This document shows positions 62,733-64,000 of a stretch of DNA of 64,000 nucleotides, one piece after another. Numbering within the stretch: position 1 is the stretch's first letter; the number at the start of each line of letters is the position of its first letter. The position numbers and the translations under genes are program-made. The notes beneath the pieces were generated by a model. That model was not told where the DNA came from. It did no database searches and saw only the letters and a list, made by a program, of their open reading frames with translations. Origin of the DNA: a virus. Taxonomy: Duplodnaviria; Caudoviricetes. Location of the stretch: positions 16,108-80,107 of IMG/VR virus record IMGVR_UViG_3300001687_001195, one strand, 5' to 3'.

Positions 62733-63836
62733 ATGATTGAGCAGAGACTACAAGAAATTTTTGAAACAGTATACGGTACTGGTGCGGTGACTAACACAGA
62801 AGGTTTGATTATAGAATATATTGATGAACTTCGTGAGACTGTCAATGCACTTTGTGAAAGTTTCAAGCCGTTAGAAGAATGGTATGATCGAACCAGAAAA
62901 CTTTCCGGATTGCCGCCCATTATCAAAGAGCATGTAATCAGAACGAAAGAAAAGCGGCGCGTTGGGTATAACCCACCACCGTTGGATACTTCTCCACCAA
63001 AGCGTGTTCCGTCTCCTCCGGTGCCGTCGAGACGTTTGAAGCCCACGTATGTCGAGCCGGTACGATGCCCAAAATGTAATGGTAAGGGATTTATGCGAGA
63101 AAACGATGGAGCGGGCAACTTCTTTGATGTCGTGTGTGATTGTGTTGAGACGACCGAGCCCGCCCGGCTCACGGCGCTGGAGGAGCGGAAGACTCTTCGT
63201 GCGGCGGCATTTGGTGTCCGACTCAAGGCGGTGGAGGAGTGGATGAATAGGTGCAGAGAACTTGCCGGACTACGCTTGGCACCCGAGCCCGTCGAGTCCG
63301 ACCCAGAGTCCGTGCTGATGGACATGGAGCAGGCTGCCGAGGACGCGGCGGCACGAGCAAGGGATGGGGCCGAGCCCGCGCCGGACAAGGCCGATCACGG
63401 CACGGAGGGTCCGGAGGGCAGGACCAACGAGGAGATCCCCGTGTGCCGCTATACCGCGCCGGACAAGCCGGACTTCAGCGAGATTGTCGAGAAGCATCAC
63501 AACGGGCCGTGGAGAGCATACGCTTTCTCGGGATTAGTTGGGGAGGCAATCCGCCGCGCCTGCGAGGAGGCCGCAGAGCAGGCCACGGCGGAGTTGACGC
63601 GCAAGGGCAAGGAACTCTGTGAGGCGCACGGCAACCTGTTGATGGAAGCACATGAACTCAAGGCCGACTTTGCCCGGCTCAAGGCCGCCGCCGTGCCGAG
63701 CGTGGAGGAGATCGGCGCGTGGTATCGCGACTGGTTTAAGTCCGGCGCGCCTATGCGGAAACATATGCGCGCCTGGCTCAAGCGCCGCGTGGAAGAGGCC
63801 ATGGCAGGGAAGGCGGGAGGTGAGGAGAAATCATGA
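62733..63836 (+). CDS. Mosaic hypothetical protein with CPKCNGKG..CDC zinc motif
   Basis: 367 aa. Composition shifts to high GC near 63165. Confidence 0.55.
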   Translation: MIEQRLQEIFETVYGTGAVTNTEGLIIEYIDELRETVNALCESFKPLEEWYDRTRKLSGLPPIIKEHVIRTKEKRRVGYNPPPLDTSPPKRVPSPPVPSRRLKPTYVEPVRCPKCNGKGFMRENDGAGNFFDVVCDCVETTEPARLTALEERKTLRAAAFGVRLKAVEEWMNRCRELAGLRLAPEPVESDPESVLMDMEQAAEDAAARARDGAEPAPDKADHGTEGPEGRTNEEIPVCRYTAPDKPDFSEIVEKHHNGPWRAYAFSGLVGEAIRRACEEAAEQATAELTRKGKELCEAHGNLLMEAHELKADFARLKAAAVPSVEEIGAWYRDWFKSGAPMRKHMRAWLKRRVEEAMAGKAGGEEKS

Positions 63837-64000
63837 CCAAGCACAAGACCCACTACGCGAAGACCCGCAACGAATGGACCGCGTGCCGGCGGGCTGCATG
63901 GCTCGTGTGGCGGCATACGGCCCGGAAACATCGCGTGACCTGCGGGGCGTACCAACGCCATCTCGTCAATGCGGGAGAGGAGTCCGGCGGTGGGCAATGA
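63833..64000 (+). CDS. Small basic protein (55 aa)
   Basis: ATGA overlap. MTKHKTHYAK..TACRRAAW..HRVTC. Stop at the window end. Confidence 0.45.
   Translation: MTKHKTHYAKTRNEWTACRRAAWLVWRHTARKHRVTCGAYQRHLVNAGEESGGGQ

Noticed and set aside
1-64000. Alternative genetic code
   Set aside because: Genes are full length and tightly packed under the standard code, and all three stop codons are used as stops.

Overview
The window is a segment of a tailed dsDNA phage genome (Caudoviricetes, siphovirus-type: HK97-fold capsid, tube, tape measure, Dit and hub genes, no sheath). No terminase, integrase, DNA polymerase, endolysin, rRNA, CRISPR array or canonical tRNA was recognised, and the host cannot be assigned. 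Layout: (1) 1-7.9 kb head and neck genes, including a 5'-truncated portal-MuF-ChaB fusion and a glycosyltransferase directly after the capsid gene. (2) 8.2-23.2 kb tail: three tail-tube paralogues, a chaperone with a GGGAAAC -1 frameshift, a 1877-aa tape measure, two Dit-like genes and a hub. (3) 23.2-32.9 kb receptor-binding and accessory virion proteins with LamG and nested CBM-like domains. (4) 32.9-33.7 kb lipoprotein and holin-like genes. (5) 33.8-42.0 kb glycan-building cluster: 4 glycosyltransferases, a sulfotransferase, 4 methyltransferase domains, RmlC- and RmlD-like enzymes. (6) 42-51.7 kb small genes, two exported C1q/BclA-like proteins, a NUMOD4-HNH nuclease and several structured intergenic elements. 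(7) 52-61 kb GC-richer, early-type region in which most genes share a GAAAGGAATAG(G)-like leader. A ~56-nt promoter-seed-terminator unit at 57.64-57.73 kb is complementary to that leader and is the best candidate for an undescribed system: a phage sRNA that could silence a whole regulon. (8) 61.4-64 kb small hypothetical genes. All protein assignments come from motif recognition by eye, and all counts are manual.
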